A program made the translations under genes and the position numbers. The notes under the pieces were generated by a model that was given only the letters and a program-made list of their open reading frames with translations, was not told the DNA's origin and made no database searches. 64,000 nt of DNA from assembly GCA_031269935.1 (NCBI GenBank), contig JAISYL010000177.1, positions 5,433 through 69,432 on the forward strand, read 5' to 3'. The first letter of the stretch is position 1; each line of letters begins with the position of its first letter. Below are positions 38,201-47,404 of the stretch, in pieces. The stretch comes from Planctomycetota bacterium. GTDB taxonomy: Bacteria > Planctomycetota > SZUA-567.

Positions 38201-38620
38201 ACTGCGGTTTCGCCCCTCCTGGTCGAAGCCCTGCCCTATTTCCAAACCGCCATGGGGATGGGAGCGCCGGGATACAAGGAAACTTTCCATTTGGGCATCA
38301 TCAATTTCCGGCTTGCCGGCTTGGAGAAGAGCGGCGGCAACCTTGCCCAAGCGACCGCCTACTACCAGCAGGCCGCCCGCTATCTGGACGAAGCCACCAC
38401 GGTGGCCGACAGCCCGCCGGGGGGGCCGCGGGAAGCTTACTACATGCTGGCCTACTGTTACGATCTAATGGCCGAGCAACCCGGGCCCGGCCGGGCGCGT
38501 AACAAGGAATTGGCCTTGCGCTACTGGCGTCAGACCGCCGATTTCTATACCGCCGATTCGGCGTACCGCAATTACGCCATCCAGCGGATTGAAGCCCTGT
38601 CGGCGGAAATGGGACGATAA
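35201..38620 (+). CDS. Giant secreted protein: four Asp-box modules, ~440-aa proline-rich spacer, C-terminal TPR-like region
   Basis: Signal peptide MPDSLPRMWISALSILLLSSLAPTRPIRA. Asp-box-like TEDMGRTW, SENSGVSW and SLDNGGRW. Repeated AGYPP(T/I)PPP units. Helical repeats in the last ~330 aa. Confidence 0.7.
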   Translation: MPDSLPRMWISALSILLLSSLAPTRPIRAGELSRPVPPDAQVTRFTRFNLRYSLREVGGDDIQSVEFYLTEDMGRTWRLYGADPDRIPPMTVEVPGEGVYGFASVATDRFGNREREPVPRTRPETVIVVDRTPPQAKWLSPLQNILGQGGGIELAWESSDPYLLPQPVKIQFSADARNNHDRDASWTSLREGLPASGRIDWQPPGGASGRYNFRLIAEDRAGNYTVAYSPAIITVDNTPPVISSVEPLRSNKLEVPIRIEADDGPTGSGVREISLYVSENSGVSWNLLKEGGQAGESGPVKRKSGEPIVFTASRPGDYPLCPVVFDRVGNATPLPSAGVPGPFILTIDNEPPVVSLQNSFLMGRSVILANESRSVSWTAYDPHILDNSAVIELSLDNGGRWQELRSGLPATGSETVYFPFGAISEEAKLRVTVADEFGNIGESQSETFRLSGAETIIDSVTPVQANSPGAFDELLGGDPGPPPRVPPPAPEPPMPGYPQPPPPLLPPTNPFDMGYPPTPPPTGSFGAGYPPIPPPADSSGAGYPPTPILPNDSFNLVYPPGQSGDPEAIRVPPDSFYPPPAAASPYPPDGGYPSGESTAQSLPLAMLGLGARTDSPGQPDPYSPSARLPSPPSSSLEPQASSFDWTPTPGSNSPGAQPPAAANPDQPPPFSGSAPSEGGTGTLRPPPANWETPPAPADSLDFGNLWPDAGTGLTPPPLPGLPTPPGEGGQESPWDNSLFNNLPGNPIPPALPAEPAGPIAPPFPETAGPEPSRPATPLANPPAALPPLPGVTEIPPNIAPPPLSPPAIPVRPDNQRQLSDRHIAESKRLLEEGNLNLAMQEATAALNADEGNYRAYMALSQIYAEQNPEINNFARAATLAKEATNIGRGEWDAWLNCADVFYRWSHRRNLDAQALIREGRRPSVDIIDERNQALSNAAIAIGNSATLAQAAGEPERKKVAVTQGLIAYLKALTISEPAAPPAEAGREALDAHNRELAAYKTAVSPLLVEALPYFQTAMGMGAPGYKETFHLGIINFRLAGLEKSGGNLAQATAYYQQAARYLDEATTVADSPPGGPREAYYMLAYCYDLMAEQPGPGRARNKELALRYWRQTADFYTADSAYRNYAIQRIEALSAEMGR

Positions 38621-38629
38621 CCGCCTCGA

Positions 38630-39439
38630 ATGCTTATAGCCCACTTCAGCGACCTGCACCTGGCCCGAAGGCCGAAGGCGGGCGAGTTTAATCCCAAGCG
38701 ACTGCTGGCTTGGCTCAACCACCGGCTTTTCCGGGGCTTCAGCCACCGAGAGGCCCGGGCGGCGGCGGCGGTGGCGGAACTGGCGGCGGCGGCCCCCGAT
38801 TTGGCCATTTTCACCGGGGATTTCAGCCAGCATGGACTGGCCAGCGAATTCGCGGCGGCGGCCGAGCTTCTTTCGCCCCTGACCAGGAAAAAAATCCCTA
38901 TTCTCGCGGTGGCGGGCAATCACGACTTTTACGCCGGCCCCTTCCCCGCCGGATTGGCCGGGCTAATCCGGCGGCTGGCCAGGGATGTCCGCGCCGATCC
39001 CGACGGCATCGTCCGGCTCTCCGGGGTGGAAATACTTCCGCTGGCGCAGGCCGGCCCCACTTGGCCGCTGTGCTCGGGCGGCCGGCAGGATGCCGCCGAA
39101 TTGGCCCGGGCCGCCCCCGCCTGGGCGAGAGCTTCGTCCCGGGCCATGCGCCTGGTATGCGGGCATTATCCGATTCTAAGGGATTTTCCTGGCCGGCTTT
39201 TCCCTCCCCGGCGGTTGCGGGGAGCCGGAAATTTGGCTGAATTCTGCCGTCGGGTCGGAGCGGCGGGTTATTTCTGCGGACATGAGCATCGGCGCTTTGA
39301 GGCCGATATCGGGGGCGGTTGCCGGCAGTTCGCCGCCGCCGCCCTGTCCCGCGCCGGTTTCGGCGGAATCGGGATATACCGTTGCGGGCCGGGGCTGGCC
39401 CGGCCGATCGAAATCCCTCCGCCGCCCCGCCCCTCCTGA
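38630..39439 (+). CDS. Metallophosphoesterase
   Basis: FSDLHL, GDFSQHG, VAGNHDF and GHEH motif series. Starts 9 nt after the stop of the giant protein gene. Confidence 0.75.
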   Translation: MLIAHFSDLHLARRPKAGEFNPKRLLAWLNHRLFRGFSHREARAAAAVAELAAAAPDLAIFTGDFSQHGLASEFAAAAELLSPLTRKKIPILAVAGNHDFYAGPFPAGLAGLIRRLARDVRADPDGIVRLSGVEILPLAQAGPTWPLCSGGRQDAAELARAAPAWARASSRAMRLVCGHYPILRDFPGRLFPPRRLRGAGNLAEFCRRVGAAGYFCGHEHRRFEADIGGGCRQFAAAALSRAGFGGIGIYRCGPGLARPIEIPPPPRPS

Positions 39440-39459
39440 AAGGCCGCCGGCTGGTTCCC

Positions 39460-40224
39460 CTACCTTTTTTCGGTCCAGAACAGGACCCGCTTCTGGACAC
39501 GGTCGAAAACCACCATGATCATGACCACCACTCCGGACAGCCAGAACATTCCGCCGATTACCCGATCATATTTGGCGAAGTCGGCGTAATATTGGACGAA
39601 ATACCCCAGCCCCGACTCGGCGCCGAACATTTCCGCGACCGTCAGCAGCAAAAAGCTCCGGATCAGGCTGGTGTTGATGCCGGCCATGATATAGGGCATG
39701 GCGCCGGGCAGAACCACCTTGAGGATCAGCCGCCGGCCGCGGAGATTGAGGCAGAGGGCGTTTTCCAGCCAGCGCGGTTCGAGAAAAACCACCCCGTACA
39801 GGGTATTCATCAAAATCGGCCATACCACCCCGATGAAGATAAGCGAGGCCGAGGAAAGCCAAAAGCCCGGCATCACTGCAATCGAGTAGGGAATGAGCAT
39901 GGTCGCTGGAACCGCGTTGAAAGCCCTCAGGAGCGGCATGAACAGCCGTTCCGTCCTTGGGGACAGGCCGATGAGGATACCGGCCGCCACTCCGACGACA
40001 ATCGCGGCGGCCACCGCCGGGATCAGAAGCAGTAGGGAACTCAGGAGCCCGTTGAGAAATTGCGGAATCGACAGGTACATGGCCGGAAGAATCTTGCCCC
40101 AGCCGGGAAAAATCATCGGATTGGGAATGGCCAAAACATCGGTCAGCACCGCGTAGGCGGCCATGAGCCCGAGGAAAATAAGCAACGCCCCCGGTATGCG
40201 TTCAGGTTGCTGTTTTGCTTTCAT
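39460..40224 (-). CDS. ABC transporter permease (NitT/TauT family)
   Basis: 254 aa with six hydrophobic segments. Its start overlaps the ATPase gene stop by 4 nt. Confidence 0.8.
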   Translation of the reverse strand: MKAKQQPERIPGALLIFLGLMAAYAVLTDVLAIPNPMIFPGWGKILPAMYLSIPQFLNGLLSSLLLLIPAVAAAIVVGVAAGILIGLSPRTERLFMPLLRAFNAVPATMLIPYSIAVMPGFWLSSASLIFIGVVWPILMNTLYGVVFLEPRWLENALCLNLRGRRLILKVVLPGAMPYIMAGINTSLIRSFLLLTVAEMFGAESGLGYFVQYYADFAKYDRVIGGMFWLSGVVVMIMVVFDRVQKRVLFWTEKR

Positions 40225-41057
40225 ATCCCGCCTCCGTCCCCGGTGACTTCCGGGGAAGCCAGTTGGCTGTCTATAACCCGGTTAAGTTCGACCAGCAGCG
40301 AATCCCGCAGCCGGGAAAAATTTTCATGGCGCAAGGCGGCGCTCCGGGAACGCGGCCGGGGCAAGTCGATCGCGACCTCGCGGACGATTCGGCCGGGCCT
40401 GGAGCCCATGACCGCGACCCGGTCGCCAAGAAGGATGGCCTCGTCCATGTCATGGGTGACGAAGAAGACGGTTTTGCCGGTTTTCTCGCTCCCGATGGGC
40501 GCTTGCCCCCCTTGCCAGAGTTCCAGGAGAAGATCTTGCTGACGGGCCCTGGTTATTTCGTCCAGGGCGCCGAACGGCTCGTCCATGAGAAGAATCTGGG
40601 CGTTGACGGCCAAGGCGCGGGCAATGGCGGTCCTCTGGCGCATGCCTCCGGAAAGTTGTCCGGGGAGTTTGTGCCCGTCCCGGCGCAGACCGACCAGATC
40701 CAGGTAACTGTCGGCGATCTCCTCGCGCTCTCGCCGATTGGCCCCCAATCCCGCCTGCTCCAAGGCAATCACTATATTTCCCCGGCAACTCATCCAGGGA
40801 AAAAGGCTGTAATCCTGGAACACCACCGCCCGATCCAGGCCTGGGCCGGAAATGGGGCGTCCCATGCTGGAAAGGGATCCCCGGTCCTGCCGAAGCAGGC
40901 CGGCGAACATTTTCAGCAAAGTGCTTTTTCCGCACCCCGAAGGTCCAATAACGGCGACGAACTCGCCCCGGGCCAGGGAAATATTCACTCCTTCGAGAAT
41001 CCGGTGATCCGCGTCATAACCAAAGCTGACATCCTTGGCGCTCAAATAATCGGACAT
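40221..41057 (-). CDS. ABC transporter ATP-binding protein (NitT/TauT family)
   Basis: GPSGCGKSTLL, VFQDYSLFPW, LSGGMRQR and LLMDEPFGALD. Start preferred at MSDYLS (AAGGAA 6 nt upstream) rather than 41078. Confidence 0.88.
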   Translation of the reverse strand: MSDYLSAKDVSFGYDADHRILEGVNISLARGEFVAVIGPSGCGKSTLLKMFAGLLRQDRGSLSSMGRPISGPGLDRAVVFQDYSLFPWMSCRGNIVIALEQAGLGANRREREEIADSYLDLVGLRRDGHKLPGQLSGGMRQRTAIARALAVNAQILLMDEPFGALDEITRARQQDLLLELWQGGQAPIGSEKTGKTVFFVTHDMDEAILLGDRVAVMGSRPGRIVREVAIDLPRPRSRSAALRHENFSRLRDSLLVELNRVIDSQLASPEVTGDGGGI

Positions 41058-41085
41058 GTAATTTCCTTGCTGGATCATGGCATAT

Positions 41086-41120
41086 ATTACTTATCATATA
41101 GATTATATATGATAAGTAAT
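41086..41120. promoter_or_regulatory. Perfect 15-bp palindrome (candidate operator) overlapping the ABC-operon promoter
   Basis: attacttatcatata (41086-41100), gatta, tatatgataagtaat (41106-41120). On the minus strand TTGACT (41128-41133) sits 18 nt from TATATA, which lies inside the palindrome. Confidence 0.5.
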
Positions 41121-41152
41121 CATAAAAAGTCAAACCTTTTCCCGGAAAATTG

Positions 41153-42283
41153 TTATTTTTTAAAAATTTCTTCCAGGCGGCCGGCAAGCCGTTTAGTCTG
41201 CCATTCGGGGAGGTGGAAGAACAAATAGGGGCGGGAAATCAAACGAGCCCAAAAGTCATCGCCGGCCTGAAACAAATCCATTTCCGTCCGTTCGCCGGAG
41301 GTGGTTTCCCAAGCGCAGGAAAACCTTGAGGCCGGATCGACGGGAATTCCGTAAGCCACCCCGTCCGAATGGATCTTGGATAAATCGGCCAACCAAGCGG
41401 CGAAAGCCTCCTCCCTCCATTCCCGGAAATCGCCGGCGAACCCTTCGATAGGCCGCCATTTTCCGGAGACATCCCTTTCAATACGGAAAAGATGTCCAGG
41501 CAATCCTTCTTCGGCGACAACTCCGTTCTCCCCGGCCAATGGGGCGGGCAGGGCCAATTCCAGGGAGGTCAAGCCCTCGGGATCCTGATCGAACAATCGG
41601 GTTTTTAGCCAGGGCCGGCCGTCCGGCCTAGCTTCGGAATGGTTGTCCCATAAGCCCAATTCTCCCCGGATATCGCAGTCCAGCCGAAAAACGGAAGAGG
41701 CCAAATCCCGCCGGGCGTAAACCGAACGGTAATCGCGGATCGGCCGCAACCCGAATTCCAGGCGAAAAACCCCGGCCCCGTCCTCCTGGAATAATTGGAT
41801 GATCAGACCCTCACCGGACGTAAAGCCGGCGGTGGCCTCCTCTTCCGGGATCGGCCGCTGTTCGGCGGTCCGCAAACGGTTCAAAAAACGAAGAATTTTG
41901 GCGGAGTCGGCCGGAGCGTCAAGAAGGGAAGTCAATCGCCAATTCCCGTTTTCGCGACGAACATCCAGCCAGACTTTTCCAGCCGAATCGGACACCGTCA
42001 GCCTCCGGATTTCGTCGCCGCTCCAGGCGGGAGATTCCGGTTGCCCGATCCGGCTTTCCGGTTCCATTGGCCTTGTCTCCGAATCGCCGCCCATGGGAGC
42101 AACCCGTTCAACCGTACCGGCGTGGATTTCCGGCACCCTTCCGTCAACGTCGGGCGAATCCGGAATCTCTATCGTAACCGCGGGGATTGTGGCGTTTTTT
42201 TCCGATCTTCTTTTGACCTCATGGATAATCTGCGCCAGAATCAAGGCGAGGATGGCCAAACCGGCAATTGTTTTGATCCTCAT
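41153..42283 (-). CDS. Membrane-anchored hypothetical protein
   Basis: N-terminal TM helix MRIKTIAGLAILALILAQII, followed by a ~350-aa soluble part with no motif I can name. Confidence 0.55.
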   Translation of the reverse strand: MRIKTIAGLAILALILAQIIHEVKRRSEKNATIPAVTIEIPDSPDVDGRVPEIHAGTVERVAPMGGDSETRPMEPESRIGQPESPAWSGDEIRRLTVSDSAGKVWLDVRRENGNWRLTSLLDAPADSAKILRFLNRLRTAEQRPIPEEEATAGFTSGEGLIIQLFQEDGAGVFRLEFGLRPIRDYRSVYARRDLASSVFRLDCDIRGELGLWDNHSEARPDGRPWLKTRLFDQDPEGLTSLELALPAPLAGENGVVAEEGLPGHLFRIERDVSGKWRPIEGFAGDFREWREEAFAAWLADLSKIHSDGVAYGIPVDPASRFSCAWETTSGERTEMDLFQAGDDFWARLISRPYLFFHLPEWQTKRLAGRLEEIFKK

Positions 42284-42365
42284 CGCGACTCCTGTACCGG
42301 CAAGGTTGGCGACCCGGCGGCCGTCGCCATGAACGAACTCTTCCCGATAGCGATTGGCGGTTTAT

Positions 42366-43142
42366 TCATACCGGCATTTCCCGCCAGCGGCGGACAAACC
42401 CGTCGTAATCCTCGCGGGTGTCGATTCCCTTGGGCGGCTGCTTTTCCAGGACAAGGGCGTAGATGCTCATGCCGTTTTCCAGGGCCCGCAATTGCTCAAG
42501 TTTCTCGGTTCTTTCCAGGTTGCCCGGAGGCAGGGAGACAAATAGTTTCAACGACTCGCGCCGATACAGGTAAATGCCGACATGGCCGTAAGCGGGCGGG
42601 GTCCAGGGACCTTCGCCGCGGCGAAAGGGAATGTCGGAGCGGGAAAAATAAAGGGTCCGGCCGCCCGCGCCCAACACCGCCTTGACCAGGGCGGGATTTC
42701 CGCGTTCAGCCTCGGAAGTAACGGGGTAGACCAGGGTGGCGATGTCGGCTCCGCTCCTGGCCATGAAGTCGACGAGGCCGATGACGTTTTCCGGCGGCAG
42801 TTCCGGTTCATCACCCTGGAGGTTGAGGACGGCATCAATGTCGGCGCCAAGCCGCTCCGCCGCTTCGGCGATGCGATCCGAACCCGACTGGTGGTCGCTC
42901 CGGGTAAGCATCGCCCGAACAGCCAGCCCCTTTTCCCTCGCCAATTTATCCACCGCCTCGACCAATTCGGGATGATCGGCCGCCACCATCACTTCGATGA
43001 AAATTCCGGGTGCGGCGGCCATGACGGACGCCGCCATGATCGCCGTGTGGCAGATTAGCGGCTGGCCGGTTTCGGCCAGAAGCAATTTGCCGGGCAACCG
43101 GCTCGATTCCAGCCTGGCCGGGATGATTATCGCCGCCCGCAT
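42366..43142 (-). CDS. kdsB: 3-deoxy-manno-octulosonate cytidylyltransferase
   Basis: Start moved to MRAAIIIPARLESSRLPGK (AAGGAG upstream). DHQSGSDRIAEA, LQGDEP and EQLRALENG blocks align with E. coli KdsB. Confidence 0.9.
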   Translation of the reverse strand: MRAAIIIPARLESSRLPGKLLLAETGQPLICHTAIMAASVMAAAPGIFIEVMVAADHPELVEAVDKLAREKGLAVRAMLTRSDHQSGSDRIAEAAERLGADIDAVLNLQGDEPELPPENVIGLVDFMARSGADIATLVYPVTSEAERGNPALVKAVLGAGGRTLYFSRSDIPFRRGEGPWTPPAYGHVGIYLYRRESLKLFVSLPPGNLERTEKLEQLRALENGMSIYALVLEKQPPKGIDTREDYDGFVRRWREMPV

Positions 43143-43246
43143 TCCAACTCCTTTCCGGGATTGTGGAATGGCTCCTGTACATGAAAACCCGGACATTCAG
43201 GCTTGAATTGTCCGGGGTCGTTTCCTGGTCGTTTTCGTCCGCCGCC

Positions 43247-43723
43247 TCACCAGGCGAAATGGGCGAAAGCCTTGTTTGCCTCGGCCATGCGATGGGTGTT
43301 TTCCCGCACCGTCATGGCGGCGCCCTCGCGCTTGAAGGCGTCGATGAATTCGCCGGCCAAGCGCTCGCTCATGGGTTTGCCCTTTTTCTTGCGGCTGGCC
43401 TCCAAAACCCAGCGGATGGCCAGGCTTTGTTGCCGATTGGGGTTAACCTGAATGGGAACCTGGTAGTTGGCGCCGCCCACCCGGCGGGACTTGACCTCGA
43501 CCAGCGGCTTGATATTATTGATGGCGGTCTCGAAAACCTTGACCGGAGTCTCCTCGGGAAGCCGCTTGGCGATAATATCCATGGCTCGGTAAAAAATAGC
43601 CTCCGAAGTCGCTTTTTTGCCGTCGTACATCAGGCAATTGATGAATTTGGAGGCCAGAAGGGATCCGTATCTGGCGTCCGGCTTGATGCCGGGACCGGTG
43701 ACGTTGGTGCTCTTGACCGACAT
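43247..43723 (-). CDS. rpsG: 30S ribosomal protein S7
   Basis: PDARYGSLLASKFINCLMYDGKKA...VEVKSRRVGGANYQVP...REGAAMTVRENTHRMAEAN. Confidence 0.95.
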   Translation of the reverse strand: MSVKSTNVTGPGIKPDARYGSLLASKFINCLMYDGKKATSEAIFYRAMDIIAKRLPEETPVKVFETAINNIKPLVEVKSRRVGGANYQVPIQVNPNRQQSLAIRWVLEASRKKKGKPMSERLAGEFIDAFKREGAAMTVRENTHRMAEANKAFAHFAW

Positions 43724-43775
43724 GTCTTTTTCCCCGAATCAAAAGCGGCGCCGGCGGCGACCGCCAATCCGATCA

Positions 43776-44150
43776 TTATTTTTTCGGTTGCTTGGAACCA
43801 TATTTGGAGCGTTGCTGGCGGCGATTCTCGACCCCGGCGCAATCGAAAACGCCGCGGATCACATGGTAACGCACGCCGGGAAGATCGCGGACTCTGCCGC
43901 CGCGAATGAGGACGATGGAGTGCTCCTGGAGATTGTGGCCTTCCCCGGGAACATAGACCGTCACCTCCTTGCCGTTGGTAAGGCGTACGCGGGCAATCTT
44001 GCGCAAGGCGGAGTTGGGCTTCTTGGGCGTGGTGGTCTTGACCTGAACGCAGACTCCCTTTCGCTGCGGGCAGGATTCCAGCACCGGCGATTTCGATTTG
44101 TACCTGGGCTGTTTGCGCCCCTTGCGAATCAATTGATTGATTGTAGGCAT
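43776..44150 (-). CDS. rpsL: 30S ribosomal protein S12
   Basis: [12 protein letters not shown]...[50 protein letters not shown]. Confidence 0.97.
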   Translation of the reverse strand: MPTINQLIRKGRKQPRYKSKSPVLESCPQRKGVCVQVKTTTPKKPNSALRKIARVRLTNGKEVTVYVPGEGHNLQEHSIVLIRGGRVRDLPGVRYHVIRGVFDCAGVENRRQQRSKYGSKQPKK

Positions 44151-44456
44151 ATTTCCTCTTGCGTGAGCCTTACGAAAAAAACCCCGCCTCCCAAAGGCAT
44201 CCTTCGGGCCAAATGTTCAGAAAATCCCACACTCCGGCCTCGCGGCGTTCATGACCACGAACTCCGGCGTCTATCGCAACCTTGATCGGCCCGCCATCGT
44301 CCACGGCGTCCGGGGAATAAAAATACCATGTTAAACTTCCGGGCCGGTCAAGGCAAGCGAAAAATCCCGGCCACCGATATTTTCATTTTTGCCAATCAAA
44401 CAGTTTCAATACCGACTGTCTGCTATCCCGAAAAACAACCCGCCGGGAACGCCTCC

Positions 44457-47126
44457 CTATTTCGCCAGGATGTTGACCAGCCGCCCCGACACCGTCACCA
44501 CCTTGGCCACGGTTTTGCCGGCGAGCCAGTCCCGGATCCGGGAATCGGACAGGGCCCGCCGCTCCAATTCCCCGGGCGGCAGATCGGGCGGGACGGTCAG
44601 CCGGGCCCGCAGCCTGCCGTTCACCTGGACCGGAATTTCCGTTTCCTCCTCCCGGGCCGCCGCCTCGTCGCATTCCGGCCAGGATTCCTCGAAGATGCTT
44701 CCGGAATGCCCCAAACGCGACCAGCATTCGTCGGCGAAATGGGGAATTATGGGGGACAGGGCGAGAATCACCACCTCCAGGGTTTCCCGCATCACCGCCG
44801 GATGCGCCTGATCGCGGACGCCTCGCAGAAGATTAAGAAGCTCGTTGGTCCGGGCGATGGCGGTGTTGAACTGGTAGCCGCCCTCAATTGATTCGGTGAC
44901 CTTCCGGACGCACTGGTGGGTTTTCCGGCGGAGGCTCCGGTTGACCCCGTCAAGCGTGGCGGGAATGGGCGTCCCCGGAGGGGAGATCCTTTCCAGCCCC
45001 TCCATGACCAGCCGCCATAGCCGGGTGAGGGTGCGCCAAGCGCCGTTGATCCCGTCCTCGGTCCAAATCTGCATGCGGTCGGGGGGGGCGTCGGAAAGCA
45101 TGTAAAGGCGCACCGTGTCCGCTCCGAACCGATCCATTATGGCGTCGGGATCGACGATGTTGAGTTTGGACTTGCTGATTTTGGTCATTTCGAAGCGTAC
45201 CGGCCGTCCGCACCGGGCGCAAACCGCCCGGAAGCCCTCGGCCGCCAATCCGGCCTCGTCCAGGCCCTGGTTCTCCATTCGCTTGAAAAGCGTCCTGGCC
45301 TCCTCCTCCGGGACCGGGTCTCCGCCAGGCCCGACAATCCCGACCTCTTCCGCCGGCAGCCATTTGCAGTCGTCGCAGCGGTAGGCCAGCTTGCAAACCA
45401 TGCCTTGGCAGAACAGGCGGGTAAAAGGCTCGGAAAAATCCACCAGTCCCAGGTCGCGCAGGGCCATGGCGAAGAACCGGGCGTACATCAGGTGCATGGT
45501 GGCGTGCTCGATGCCGCCGATGTATTGGTCCACCGGCAGCCACTTGGCCGCCTTGGCGGCATCCCAGCAGGCCCGGTCGTTCCGGGGGTCGGCGAAGCGG
45601 ATATGGTACCAGGACGAATCGACGAAAGTGTCCATGGTGTCGGTTTCCCGCCGGCCCGGCCCGCCGCAGGCCGGACAGGCGGCGTCGACAAAGGATTTCG
45701 CCCGGGCCAGGGGGTTGCCCGAACCGCGGGCGAAATCAATGTCGGCGGGCAGGAGTACCGGCAGATCCTTTTCGGGCACCGGGACCAGGCCGCAACGATC
45801 GCAATAGATGATGGGTATGGGCGCCCCCCAATAGCGCTGCCGCGAGAGCAGCCAGTCCCGCAGGCGGTAGTTGGTTTTCCGCCGGCCACGGCCCTCGGCC
45901 TCCAGCCATTCGATAATCCGGGGGATGGCCTCGAAGTTGTCGGGTTCGCCACTGAAGGGTCCGGAGTTGACTATTTCCCCGGCCCCGGTGAACGCCTCCG
46001 GCCAGGCTTCCGGCCCGGAGGCGTTAGGGGCGCGGATCACCTGGCGGACGGCTAGCCCGTATTTTTCGGCGAATTCCCAGTCGCGCTGATCATGGGCCGG
46101 AACCCCCATCACCGCCCCGGTGCCATAGCTCATCAGGGCGAAATTGGCGATCCAGAGCGGCGCCACGCCGCCGTCGACGGGATTGATTACGTGGAAACCG
46201 GTGAAAATACCCTCCTTTTCCCGTTCCGCCTGTTCCCGGGCCGAGGTGCCGCCCGCGCGCATCCCCCGGATCGCCTCCCGGATCTCCGTTTCGCGGGGGG
46301 AACCCGGAAGAAGCTTCTCCAGCAACGGATGTTCCGGGGCAACCGACAGGAAGGTGACGCCCCAAAGAGTGTCCGGACGGGTGGTGAAAACCGGGATGGG
46401 CTCCCCCGTCTCCTTTATCCTGAACTCCACCTCCGCCCCCTCGGACTTCCCGATCCATTCCTCCTGCATGGCCAGGACCGCGTCCGGCCATTTGCCGCGC
46501 AGTTCGTCATGCCCGGCCAGCAACCTTTCGGCGTAGGCCGAGAGGCGGAAGAACCATTGGTTCATGTCCTTCTGCCCGACTTGGGAGCCGCAGCGCTCGC
46601 ATTCGCCGTTCTTGACCTGCTCGTTGGCCAGCACCGTCTGGCAGGAGGAACACCAGTTGACCGGGGCGTTCTTCTTCACCACCAGGCCGCGCTCGTGGAA
46701 CTTCAGGAAAAACCATTGGGTCCACCGGTAATAGTCGGGGTGCGAGGTCGCCAGTTCCCGGCCCCAGTCGAAACCCCAGCCGGCCCGCCGCATCTGCCCG
46801 CGCATCCTGGCGATGTTTCCCTCGGTGAATTCGTGGGGCGGAGTCCCGGTACGGATGGCGGCGTTTTCGGCCGGCAATCCGAAGGAATCCCAGCCTATGG
46901 GGGAAAGAACGTTGTAGCCCCGGAGCAATTTGTAGCGGACCATGACGTCGCCCAGGGTGTAGTTGAGGAAATGCCCCATGTGGAGCACCCCGGAGGGATA
47001 GGGATACATGTTGAGGACATAGAACGGCGGCCGATCCTCGCGCCGGTTGCGGAACAGTCCGTCCCTTTCCCAGCGTTTTTGCCACTTTTCCTCGATTTTC
47101 GCGAAATTGTATTCCACCTCTGCCAT
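44457..47126 (-). CDS. leuS: Leucine--tRNA ligase
   Basis: Start moved to MAEVEYNFAKIEEKWQKRW inside ORF 44457..47333. YVLNMYPYPSGVLHMGHFLNYT (HIGH), KISKSKLN (KMSKS-like) and the CP1 editing domain are present. Confidence 0.95.
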   Translation of the reverse strand: MAEVEYNFAKIEEKWQKRWERDGLFRNRREDRPPFYVLNMYPYPSGVLHMGHFLNYTLGDVMVRYKLLRGYNVLSPIGWDSFGLPAENAAIRTGTPPHEFTEGNIARMRGQMRRAGWGFDWGRELATSHPDYYRWTQWFFLKFHERGLVVKKNAPVNWCSSCQTVLANEQVKNGECERCGSQVGQKDMNQWFFRLSAYAERLLAGHDELRGKWPDAVLAMQEEWIGKSEGAEVEFRIKETGEPIPVFTTRPDTLWGVTFLSVAPEHPLLEKLLPGSPRETEIREAIRGMRAGGTSAREQAEREKEGIFTGFHVINPVDGGVAPLWIANFALMSYGTGAVMGVPAHDQRDWEFAEKYGLAVRQVIRAPNASGPEAWPEAFTGAGEIVNSGPFSGEPDNFEAIPRIIEWLEAEGRGRRKTNYRLRDWLLSRQRYWGAPIPIIYCDRCGLVPVPEKDLPVLLPADIDFARGSGNPLARAKSFVDAACPACGGPGRRETDTMDTFVDSSWYHIRFADPRNDRACWDAAKAAKWLPVDQYIGGIEHATMHLMYARFFAMALRDLGLVDFSEPFTRLFCQGMVCKLAYRCDDCKWLPAEEVGIVGPGGDPVPEEEARTLFKRMENQGLDEAGLAAEGFRAVCARCGRPVRFEMTKISKSKLNIVDPDAIMDRFGADTVRLYMLSDAPPDRMQIWTEDGINGAWRTLTRLWRLVMEGLERISPPGTPIPATLDGVNRSLRRKTHQCVRKVTESIEGGYQFNTAIARTNELLNLLRGVRDQAHPAVMRETLEVVILALSPIIPHFADECWSRLGHSGSIFEESWPECDEAAAREEETEIPVQVNGRLRARLTVPPDLPPGELERRALSDSRIRDWLAGKTVAKVVTVSGRLVNILAK

Positions 47127-47257
47127 AAGGCCGTCCCTTTCCGGCGCGACCGGGTCCCCGACGCGGATTGCCCATGATATGACAACCGGGCGGCCGGCGC
47201 AAGAGGGTTGGAGAGGGGGCGGGGCGATCCGGCGATTTGGCGACACGCTATCATAGG

Positions 47258-47400
47258 CTGTTGTTAAATGCCGGATCGTCCGGGTTGGACAAGGAAAAAG
47301 GCGCCGGCGGGATGATTTTTGGCCGGAGGTCAAGGGCAGAAATCATCCGGGAAGCGACTTTTGACGCAGTACAACCCGATGAGACGGTATTTAACAACAG
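47258..47400. repeat. ~140-nt foldback repeat, family 1, copy 2
   Basis: Terminal pairing ctgttgttaaatgccg / cggtatttaacaacag with one G:T. The internal sequence is nearly identical to copy 3. Confidence 0.9.
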
Positions 47401-47404
47401 CATC

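Noticed and set aside
42366-44150. rpsL-rpsG followed by kdsB instead of fusA-tuf
   Set aside because: An unusual synteny, but gene order of the str operon varies among phyla. Nothing in the sequence suggests a rearrangement scar.
44173-44210. Hairpin plus T7 run ~25 nt upstream of rpsL as the leuS terminator or an S12 leader attenuator
   Set aside because: The best stem (cccgaagg/cctttggg) is separated from the T-run by 8 nt, and alternative stems are only 4 bp. This is not convincing without transcript data.
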